Source: Eledone cirrhosa (Eukaryota). Taken from it: a stretch of 64,000 nt of DNA. Where the stretch lies: contig OZ024745.1 of assembly GCA_964016885.1 (NCBI GenBank), positions 114,824,001 to 114,888,000 of the forward strand, read 5' to 3'. Both the position numbers and the translations under genes were made by a program. Below, in pieces: positions 41,151 to 52,890 of this stretch. The notes below the pieces were generated by a model. The model was not told where the DNA came from. It saw nothing but the letters and a program-made list of their open reading frames with translations, and ran no database searches. Numbering within the stretch: position 1 is the stretch's first letter; every line of letters starts with the position of its first letter.

Positions 41151-42289
41151 ATTTAATAATACATAAAAGATAGTATCCAAATTCAATGATTCAACAATTC
41201 ATTTCAAAAGATTGAATAATGTGAAAGATATATGATGATACACAAGATAAACATTAGTAAATAAATAAAAATACCTAAATAATTAAACAAAAAAAATATA
41301 CAAACAAATTGAGTAATCAACAGGTAAATAAACATTCAATAACGAAATTAATAACAACAATAAGAGCAACAAAAACAAGAGCAATAACATATAGCAAATA
41401 TAAAAATTAAGAAAAAATGCAGGTAGATGAAAGGGTCATAACAGCAAGCAATATGCAGTTTTGTCATTCATGGAGAGAGAAAGAGAGAGAGAGATAGCCG
41501 GGATTGCAAGAGAGACAGACAGACAGTGAGTGAGTGAGTGCAGATCTATTTTGTAGATGACATATTTTGTAAGGAGGGAGAGGCTATAAACAATAATTGT
41601 GGCAGGGGGATGACAAAAAAAAGGTGGTGTGATGCTTCATTGCATTAAACTTAACTCACCTGAAAGATATGTTTATGTGTGTGTGTATGCAAGCAAGTGT
41701 ACCTGTGTGTAAACTATATGTATGTTAGATTTTATTCAGTTAGATTTATTCATAGCTAACTATACAACATTTACATGTCTTTTATAGTGGAGCAACATGT
41801 CGATACATCCATACCTAAATATATATGACACACACATTCACATGTGTGTTTGAGCGTGTGTGTATTTGTCTCTGTGTGTGTGTATGTAGTTATCCACTAA
41901 CTATAGTTTGAATTGAAAAGCAGTGAAAAAAATACCCAATACTGTCATGAATAGAGTAGAAAACTATTTATTCAAAGCTAATTTACACACATACACACAT
42001 GCATATACATAATAGTAATATTCTATTAATAATGATTTCTTTATTGGCCACTAGGGCCCATAATATTCTATTAATAATACAAGGTTAGCAAAGTTGAAAA
42101 ATATTTAAAATTCAGAACTCGATGTAATCTTTTAATCTGAATTTCTGGCAAGCAAAAGTCTTTAGTTAAAGACTTACTTGCAGATTATCTTCCTACAAGA
42201 AACTTGGAGGAGTAAGATAAAGTAGAAATCGAAATTACATATATAAATATACATACAGAAAAAATATAATAACTATGGAAGGTTTGGAG

Positions 42290-42635
42290 TAATGTCACTT
42301 GATAGAGTGCTTGGCTCAGAGATCAGGGAGTCACTGCAGGTAGAGCCACTACTGAATTGAGAGATCACAGCTCCAATATTGTGGACATGATATAAGTAGA
42401 ATACCTAAATAAAGAATGGCTGGACAGACTTTACAGGAAAAACCAACCTGCAGGAGAATCAGGGGTAGACCCCCAAACAAACTAGTTGGATAATATCCAT
42501 GAGCTCTACTGATCTTGCTTGGGGATCTGGCTGGATCAATTGGAGACATTTGCTTCCGAGAAGACCCACTAGAAGGCAATCTTAAGGACTCTACCCCCAC
42601 CGCCCCTCCATGGAATAGGTTACTGAAGAAGAAGA
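42290..42635 (+). mobile_element. Old LINE (RTE-like) 3' fragment with (GAA)n tail
   Basis: ggggtagacccc...ttggataatatc (GRP...LDNI), (gaa)n tail, shares ggatctggctggatcaattggaga with the 26250 copy in opposite orientation. Confidence 0.65.
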
Positions 42636-43289
42636 AAAAGAACTACAACTGCCACTCACAATCGAGTATAACGTGGTAATATGTACTATGCTTTCACTAA
42701 GAGTTTTAGCTGTCCATGCAGGTGCAAGTAGATTCAGGGGAACATCCAGGATGCGAGGCTGGAAGGAAAGAGAGCTGCACCATCACTGGATTGGTATTTT
42801 CTTTATTGACACCCAAAAGGATGAAAGGTAAAGTGGATCTCAGTGGGATTTGAACACAGACAAGGAACAAATATCCAATGCCCTAACAACTGCCAAATAA
42901 ACTGCTTCATATATATAACAGAAGGTTATTTGTCACTAATATACTGAATATCTCGATGGAAAGATGTAAATATATATATGTAGATTCCCGAGTTGTGCCA
43001 GGGGGTAACCACAGTTAAAAACATACTCAATACATTGGTAGAGTATAGGCATCTTTATTATATGTATATAGAAATGAGACAAGAACTGTTTCCTTCATAC
43101 AATTGAAACAGTTCTAGTCCTATAGAAGTTATTTATATATATATATAAAGAAGCAATATATATATTTACTCTTTTACCTGTTCCAGCCATCCGGCTGAGG
43201 CCATGCTGAGGCAATAATGAGGTAATATTTTGAAGGTAATTAAATAAAATTTGAAAAATGAACAAAATTTTTTTATGCCCAAAGGTCTG

Positions 43290-44150
43290 TTACTTTTTTA
43301 ACGTAACTCTTGAATTAATCCACTTTGGAAAAGAGAAGGCATTGAAGTTACCATATTTTCTTCCCTCAGGTGAAATCCTCAATGCATCAAAGAACAATAA
43401 AAACCTTGGAGTAATTGTTGACAACAACTTAAGTTGGAGTACTTACATAAACAACAAAGTTGACTTAGTCCGTATAATGTATTCCTTGATTCTCAGAACC
43501 TTCCAGTCTAGAGAAATTCACATCATCATCCTACTCTACTCTATCTTTGTCCAGCCCCACCTTGAATACTGTTGTCCACTGTGGTCTCCTCACATGAAAC
43601 TAAGTATTATAAAAACTGAAGCACCCCAGAGGCCAATTAGAAAAAAAGGTAAACAGTATGACAGGACATCACTATTGAGTTCAACAAGAAAAACTCAGAT
43701 TCTATTTTTCCAACACTGCTGTAAACGCTACATTATCTGTATGATGTTGAAAATGTTCCATTAATATTGCCCAAATGATGTTGGCATCATCTTTAAAATC
43801 CACCCAAAGCTTAGTCCCCATGCTATCCACCTACTGCAAGAATCAAAGTCACATCTCATAGCAATGATACAATACAACTACTTCACCTCAACTGATCCCC
43901 CTTTTTTTAATATACTGAAATACATCAAGACAGAAACAGATCCCATTATATTCAAAAGTTCTCTGGACAAATTCCTCTAAGAAATCCCCTACACCCAGAT
44001 ATATATCTGAAAACAATAACTCTTCATTACAGTGGGCCATGGTGTCCAATCTATGACTATGTTGTGAATCCATAATCCGAAAGATTTTGCCAGGTGGTGC
44101 TATTAAGTTAGACAAGACTTGGGACAACACAGGCCAAAAGTTATCAAAGT
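43290..44150 (+). mobile_element. Degenerate CR1-clade LINE 3' fragment
   Basis: NLGVIVDNNLSWS...ILRTFQSR...LLYSIFVQPHLEYCCPLWSPH...EAPQR is the typical CR1/L2-group post-RT region; frameshifted downstream. Confidence 0.85.
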
Positions 44151-46546
44151 TGCACCTAATACATAAATATATTTAATATATATAATATGTATAACAAACT
44201 ATGATACATATATATTTGATTTTGATGCACTTATACACACATATACATGTACATAAGCTCACAAATCCATAGCTAAAACTCTTTTTTTTTTCTTCTTTTA
44301 ACATACCATAAAAAAAATACCATGAAGTAAATCTAAACTTCAATCATACATTCCTGGTTAATTTAGAAAGTTGATGTGAGTAGAAATAAAAATATTAAAA
44401 AAAGGAAACAAAAAGATGAAAAATAAAGGAATTAAATTAATAGAAAAGGCAAAAATTAAAGTACAACCGAGCAAAATAACATCAGAAACATAAATAGAAA
44501 ATGGAAAAAATATTTGTTATAGGAAAAACAGGAATATAATATATTATGCAATATGATCATCTTCATTTTACATTCATTTTCCATGCTGGTATGAGTCGAA
44601 TGGGTTGTTACAGTCAAAGTCAGTTCTTATTTGGAGTTACTGCCCCCACCTCACCCCATGTGTCAGAGAGCCACATCTCACTAGTATGTTCCATTTTAGG
44701 CACAGTTTCTACAGCTGGAGGCTCTTCTTAACACTAACTACTTAATGAAGTGTACTGAGTACATCTTATTGTGGCACCATCACTAGTCATTGACCAGACT
44801 AAAAGGTCCTTTCTACCTTACGTTAATGCTGCTCATTTGCTGACCACCTTATAGAGGGTACTGCATGAGTTTTATTGTGGCACCAATACTAGAGTGGTTG
44901 TCCTGTCCCATGTAGAGCTATGCAGTTTTCTTTCTTTCAAAGTAAACATGACAGATAGTGTGATTAGAAAGGAAAAGATGGCCAAGAGTTGATAGAGGAG
45001 AGAGCATGACTGTGTTCAAAGGGAAAAAAAACAATGAGAGGATGGTAAAGTAGGGAGATAGAGAAGGAAAGAACAGTTATAACTATAGGTTGGTTGTTGG
45101 AAGTGGGTAGGAAGTGAATGAACAATGTGACAGGATAGCAATTAAGATGCATCAATGACAGAAGAGAGCAAGTGGTGGAGATCAAGTGTAGGAGAGCAAA
45201 GTGAGAGTAATAGATAACAGCTAAGAATTTTATGGAGGAGAATAATAGACAGTGGCAGAGGGTGATGGTACTGAATATCTATGTGACTGATGGATATCAA
45301 CAGATGTGGGTGAGGGTAAGTAAGAAGAGTAACTATCAACAAAAAGTCTTATAGAGGAGAGTGAAAGGATAATGTTGTAAATGTGGAAAGATTCAATACA
45401 GGTTGAGTGGTGATGATAAGAGAGAAAGAGAGAGTGGTAGAATGATAATGATATTGAGTGATAAAGATAATGGTGGAGAGATTGGATACAGAGAGAGATT
45501 GGAGGCTCTCCTATGTTAGTCAGTCAGACAGCATGGTATAGTGAATTGTATAGGTGATATATGAAAGTGTAATTGATAGAGGAGCCAATAGAGACTTAAA
45601 AGGAAGATAACAGGTGAGAGACTTGATGATATACATCCGAGCTTCCACCACCACCACCACCACCACCACCACCACTTTTATCATGCTTGCACTGTTGGGC
45701 ATGTTACCAGTAATTACCATCCTTGTCCTTTTTGTACAGCTTCTTGAGATCTGTCATCACTGCTTCGTCCCAACTTTCCTGGTTTCCTTCTCACACAGGT
45801 TCCATCTACTTCAAACATACACCTTTTCTTTATACAACTGATATCCTCCGTAACATCATATATCTATACTAGTACAGTCGCTTCTTTTGCACACAAAATT
45901 TGCGGGTTTTTTTTTACCCAAGTTTATTTGTGCTTTGTAGTTCATGCACATTGACATTACATACTCGCCCACTCTCCACCCTTCCACCTATTAAATTTTT
46001 ATGCATTTTACTCACCCACCCGAAGACTTTTTTGTCTATTTTCTCTCTTCCTATTTGTAAATATATACAACTGTTGATGAAATTTCAATCAATAAAATTC
46101 CAATACTTGTTTACAGTAATGAAATATATACATATGTTGCAATCATAATGAATCTATTGAGCAAAAATAAAAACATTACAGGAAAATATACTCAAAAAAT
46201 TACCAACTATTATATAGTGTGAATTTCATTTGAAAAAAAAAAACAGTATCATTAAAGTACATAAGTGTGAATTAAAATTTCTCAACATAGGAGTTAGAGT
46301 TTGCAATTTTAATCATCCAAAGTTTTAAGAAGATATTTAGCACTGCATCAAATTCTCTTCTGTTGTGAAAGGTCATCAAACAATTTATATGCATTTATAA
46401 CAAAGATGTTAATGAAACCTTTGATAAATAATTTCCAATATCAATTTTAGAATATTTTTTTAATTCTGTGGCATTTTTGTTATTCACAATCATAAGATTC
46501 TGGTTCTATGATGGCAACATATTTGTGTGTGCATGTGAGTGTGTGT

Positions 46547-46583
<37 letters not shown>

Positions 46584-46700
46584 CATATACACACACATAC
46601 ACGCATATTAGTAACGATGCACATAGAAAAAATGGATATGGATGATAAACAAGAGCATCCCTATTTCACATTCACCCCCTGGTAATACAACATTGTACAT

Positions 46701-46778
<78 letters not shown>

Positions 46779-47917
46779 TGTACAGATTCACAACAAAGGC
46801 AATTGTAACATTAATACTGAAACCATAACACAGACTTTACTGTCCATAATAACAGTAGCAATAATAATAACAAAAACAACACCAATATTAATAATGATGA
46901 TGATAATAATAATGATACTTATACCCACCTCCACCTTAGAAAATTATAATGCAAAGATTCTGTAGCACTTTAACAAACATACTAATCATACAACAAGAAA
47001 TCAGACTCAAGTTTTTGTACAAGATAAACAACTATTTTTATAACTGACACAGCCAATACCAGATAATCATATTGTCAAGTAAAAAGAATAAGCTAAAAAG
47101 CTAAGGTATTATACTTCAATTGGCTACTGAATAGAGGTCACTATTGTATGTAAGAAATGTGTCTATCATTCTATTAGTAATTGCTACAACTGAAATGTTG
47201 CACACTCACTCCCATGACACTGACAATCCAACAAAAAGTTGAAGATTTGTGTGAAAGTTCCTGAAAAAAATTTGCCATAGGTGTGTGTATGTGCGTGCAC
47301 ATGTGTGTAAAAGTTACCAAATCATTTAAAATAACATCTTAATGTCCTGTACCACACGAAACTGCACTAGCAAGACACACTTGTAAAGTAAAAAAACATC
47401 ACTATTTGCATTACATTAAGAATTGAAATAACACTTCAAATTTTCGCAAAGATATGTCCATTAGTAAAGATACATTTGTATAAACAAACCTGTTTTTAAA
47501 TATTTTCTGCTAAATCTTTACAGGATGTTAAGAGATAACAGTGAATGTAGGTGAAAGACAAGAGACCAAACTTATGACACAATTATATTGGAGAGAGAAA
47601 GAGAAATAGGGAGTGCAGGAGATGTGCTTGAATGCAAAGCTATATTTTGTAAAGATCATTTCCAGAAGCTGAGCTGTGAGAGAGACACAGAGAAAGATTT
47701 CAATCAAAATAAAATGAAAACCAATCTTGAAAGCGATTTCAAACAGATAAATGTTTTGCAAAGAATACTTGTCAGATTTGAAAAGAGAAGAATATTTTGC
47801 AATCAGCTTTGAGAAATGAATTCTACAGAGGGAAATTAAAATAATAATAATAATAAAAATATAGAAAAGTAAGAATAGGGGAAGGGAGAGGTGATAAACA
47901 GGCACATGCAGCAGACT

Positions 47918-47973
<56 letters not shown>

Positions 47974-48277
47974 ATATATGCATGCATAGAAGCATCCCTA
48001 CAGACAATCTTGTGTAGACTACATACATACACAACAACATACAGACCAAGTCAGCTGCAATAGACAGACACTTCCTTTTCTTTTGATAATACATTCATTT
48101 ATATATATATATATATATATGCAGAGGTTATATTTAATTTGTTGGGATTCAACAAGCTTAAAAATATATATATATAAATGTTTTGTTTTTTTGTATTATA
48201 TATAATTTTCTTTCTTACTTTCGCTCAATGGATGGCAGCTAATCCCTTAAACAACGTCACAGGAAGAAAAGTTCTCT

Positions 48278-48327
<50 letters not shown>

Positions 48328-49891
48328 AAATACAAAATAAGATTTAATACAAGATATTTCTCCAATATTACTACTTTAAGAATTAAGGAACACTAGTTAT
48401 AGTAGTAGTGGTAGTAGTATTAGTAGTTGTAGTAGTACAATAATTTTGATAATTCAGGCAAACCTATTTTGGAAAAAAATATAGCATTTTGGGTATTGGG
48501 GAGGTGTTGAACACACACACACACACACACACACACATTCATGTATAAACTTTGCACCTGAAACACCAACATCTAGCACTAATCAAAAATTAACAACCAA
48601 TGTGAATTGAAATTGGAAAATTACACTTTATAAAAGTAAAAGAATGTATAAAAGTAAAAAAATGTTTTCATGGTTTATAGATAAACTCAACTAATGATAA
48701 TTCTTGCCCATTACTATTAATAAAGTAATAGCTAAAAAAATACACACACACAGACTTCTTGAAAGACTAGGTTCAATTCACCACTAAATAGTCATACAAT
48801 GTTATATATGAGGCAAAGTGTGTGAGGTGAGATTAAGCATTTTAATACCAAAACATCTGAAACTGGTTCGATGATACAAAACTGTTTATTTCAAAGTGTA
48901 TATATTTATCTAAAAACCTTCACTCATAAATCTATATAAGAACCTTTGTTATGTTAGGCTCCAAACACCAGATAGATAATGAGAAAGGTGAGTTGTATTA
49001 CTAAATCACTCCAAATTTTTTATTATTTTCAAAATTATTTGAAAATTATAAACAGTCCAATCAATGTAGGCATGGGAAAGCAGACACAAAGTGATAATGA
49101 GGAGATAGTGTTTATCATCAGAAATCGGATAATGAAAAGGTTAAAGTGTTGGACTATTGACAACATAACCATAAATTCAAATTGTAACTATAGCAATTGT
49201 TTTATAGCCTTGAACAATGCACAATTCACCTGGATGACAGAAAACAGTCTTCATTACAACAATTTCATGATTGAATAGTTAACAACTAGAGCATTCATTA
49301 TCATCATCATTATCTTCATTTAATAGTCTTCTTGGTTAGTAAGGTTTGAACAGGTTTTCATAGACCAAGTTTATCCTCAACCAGAGAAACTGATCTCTCA
49401 GATGGGCCAGGTAAGGATAGGGGAGGACTACTACACAGTGGTATCAGTATTAGGGCGGTTGTCATGCCTTTGACATCTTCCATTCTTAATTTACCATGCT
49501 TGAATGGGGAAAATCAATGCCTGCATGTATGTATGTACTCACACACACACATACATACATACATACACATGCCACAATGTAGATAATTATAATAGTTATC
49601 TGCATTGTGGTAAATATATTTTCAAATTGCCCAATGCTTAATAAGTCAACAAAATCTTTAACACATCATTATCATCATCGTTTAATGTCCATCTTCCATG
49701 CTAGCATGGGTTGGACGGTTTTGTCCCCCCCAAAAAAGAAACACACACACCATCACAAAGAAAATATATCACTCCAACACACACACACACACAGACAGAC
49801 AGCTACACACATTCCCTCTGTTTTTTCATAACAAATCAATGCACATACACACACATATATAAAGAGGTGTATCCATGTACACACCTCACCT

Positions 49892-50051
49892 CAGGGCCGT
49901 CTTAACAGCATTATAGGCCCCCGGGCAAAGCAGAGCACTGGGGCCCCTACCTACACAACCACTCACAGGAATAAAAATACAAATGGGCCCCCCTATCCTT
50001 GTGGGGCCCCCGGGCAACTGCCCAGCGTGCCCATGCGTTAAGACGGCCCTG
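49892..50051. mobile_element. Non-autonomous hAT MITE, 160 bp, 15-bp TIRs, 8-bp TSD
   Basis: TIRs CAGGGCCGTCTTAAC / GTTAAGACGGCCCTG are perfect; TSD cctcacct at 49884-49891 and 50052-50059. Confidence 0.95.
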
Positions 50052-50695
50052 CCTCACCTCACCAACAAAAGTTTATTAATTTCTTCCACCGTCACCACAC
50101 TCACACACACACACACACAACTATTGTATCAATAAATGTTTATGGCACTCCTTAGTCATCATGTGTTGGTAACACACATACACATACAACCTGCTCATCA
50201 TTAAACTCCCTCCACATGACATTCAATCAATTTAGCCTCTGAAATCAACTTAAGAAATTTCTTCTTCTGTAGTACAATTTTTAGGAAATTACCTGATTTA
50301 CCATTCCACCACTCCCTCTCAACGATACCTCTGAAAAGGTACACACACGCACATCCAGACGGGCACACACACACTCTCCTATTAGGCAAATAAGTGTAAC
50401 TACACACACACTGATAATACACCTCATCACATATCCATGCACACACACACACACACACACTCATACATACACACACACACAAAAAGAAAACCACAGATAC
50501 ACACATGTACACCATAAAAATAAGTCTTTAACAAACATACAAAGATGTACACGGCTTGGTATACAGCATGATTAATTGGATGGTGGATTTTTAAAGGATG
50601 CTCTTTCTATTGCCAAACACTAGCAGCAGAGTACACTAGGTATATTTATTGAGTCACCATGTAGGATGAAGTGTCCTCTCTGCTGTATAAATTAT

Positions 50696-50871
50696 AATTG
50701 TTTCTACTATTGGCATAAGGCCAGCAAATTACCCAGTACATTACTGGTACTTTTATCGACCCCCGTAAGGATGAAAGGCAAAGTTAACCTCGGCGGGATT
50801 TGAACTCAGAATGGCAAGGGTCGTAACTCTATGCGTCAAAGCATCGTGTCCGACCCTCTACAGATACTGCC
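50696..50871 (-). mobile_element. SINE family A copy (partial copy also at 55536-55637)
   Basis: Same consensus. Confidence 0.88.
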
Positions 50872-51539
50872 TGCTGTTTCCATAGATACATTGCTTTCAC
50901 TGTTCTATATAAAGTTACATAACTTTTCTGTGATAGTAAAAGTATGGCTTTTGAATTACACAACTTTGTAGATGGGTTGCCTTTCCTATGGCTAAAGAAT
51001 CTTTGTCTCTTCTCGGTCTGTCAGGAATTGGACTAGAATGGAGGTAAATGGATAGCAATTTGGGAACATCATATAGCATAGGATTTGTTAGGTGGAAGTG
51101 GGAGATTATTATGACCGGCTAGGTTACCTCATAGCAACAGTGTAGTGAGTATTGAGATATGGAATTATATATATCTCAATACTTAAATTTTATGAAGTAT
51201 AATGGAAACAGGTAATATATTTCAGGAAGTTATAATCTATATCAAACAGGCATTAAATATAACAAACGTGATTTTTATGGACAATGAGTGCTAAATGGAA
51301 AGGTGCTGTGTGTTGACAATAGAGGGTAACTGTGATAGAGAGAGACTAGCAAGACATGGGAAGAGGTGATAAGGTCAGATCTCAAAATATTAGGTTTCAA
51401 AGACTAAATAACAAAAGCTGAAGATGAGTGGTGATATGCTACACAGCTAACACATCTAACCCATGCCAGCAAAAAATGAAAAAAAATAAATGTTATGATA
51501 ATGATGATAAGTGTGTGTGGTGTGTGGTGTGTGGTGTGT

Positions 51540-51582
<43 letters not shown>

Positions 51583-52654
51583 TGTGCGTGCGCGCGCACG
51601 TGTACAGATATATAACGGTTGAAGATGTTTTACAATGTATTCACTCTAATGGATTGTTGTTTTAGTAATAAAACACATCTAAAAGAAAAACTATAGAGAA
51701 ATGTGATTACTATGTTGAGGACTGTAAGAGACTGGATTGATATTTAGACCATGTATGTTTAACATATTACATATTACAATTGTTGTTGTTGAATATCTAC
51801 AATCAGTAGTCTTGAGTGTATCTCTGATATTTGCTAGAAAGTATGAAACTACCATGCCCTATAGTATCTGAGACAGATATGCAAGACTTCAGTATGTTTC
51901 AGGACCATAATACATATATTGTCATAGAGAGACTGATTGTAATAAGGTTACCATATTTCTAATGAAATACACTGTATTTGAACTAATCAAGGAAGAATTT
52001 GGAAGGATTTATTTTAAAATATTTTATTGAGATAGTATTTATAACATGATAAAAGGTTCCCATATAAAATTATGTTGGAAGATTTTAATTTAAATAGGAA
52101 CATAAAACATTAAAAGGAGTGGTTATATTTCATAGAACCAGAAATACTTTTGGTTGGATTAGTATCAGAAGGGTTAACAGAGAAGCAATTAGGTCATTTA
52201 ACATTCACTTTGTCACTACTGAAGCAGGGCTCCTGACCTCTCAGACAGGCCAAGGGGTCTGCATCTCACATAGGGTCGTATGTTCAATCAAATGCAGAGA
52301 AGTTGTCTTTTGACAAAAACTGAATCCTACTCTCAACTCCTTGTTTGGTAAGCTTTCTATAGCTGGATGCCCTTCCTATCATCAATCACTTTTACTAACA
52401 TTTATATATCTAAACAGTATTGATATTGTCGGCACAGGGTTGTGTCTTCCACATTTAGATAATCACTAGTGATAAGAATTAATGAGAATAGGATGATGCT
52501 GGAGAGTGCTTCTCCAACAAAAGCATCATCTGGGATGTTAGTCTTTACTACATATACATTAGTCCACTTGTATTAAGAGTCCAACTCTCGTCACTCGGTT
52601 TTTATAGTTAAGTAATTAGCATTATTATCAAGTAATTGCCTATTATTAGTAGTA

Positions 52655-52890
52655 GCTTAGTGGTTAGAAAATTGGATTCACAATCATAAGGTTGTGAGTT
52701 CAATTCCCCAACTGGGCAATGTATTATGTCCTTGAGCAAGACACTTTATTTCACATTGTTCTTTCTGCCAGGAGTTGCATCTAGTTGCTAGTATCAGCAG
52801 TGGAAAGACCAATGGAAACATTGTCCTTGGTCTGATTTGACAAGTTCCACCCCACTTGATAAGCAAGTAAGATCTAGGATCTTATTGATC
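52655..52890 (+). mobile_element. CORE-like tRNA SINE variant (similar copy 54447-54685; related element 58395-58630)
   Basis: gcttagtggttaga...gagttcaattc...cttgagcaagacactttat head and a shared ggaaagaccaatggaaacattg tail. Confidence 0.82.

Noticed and set aside
46204-46206. tag|TTG|gtaatt 3-nt microexon-like motif (also tttag|gtattt at 41275)
   Set aside because: Weak acceptor or donor; expected by chance in AT-rich intron sequence.
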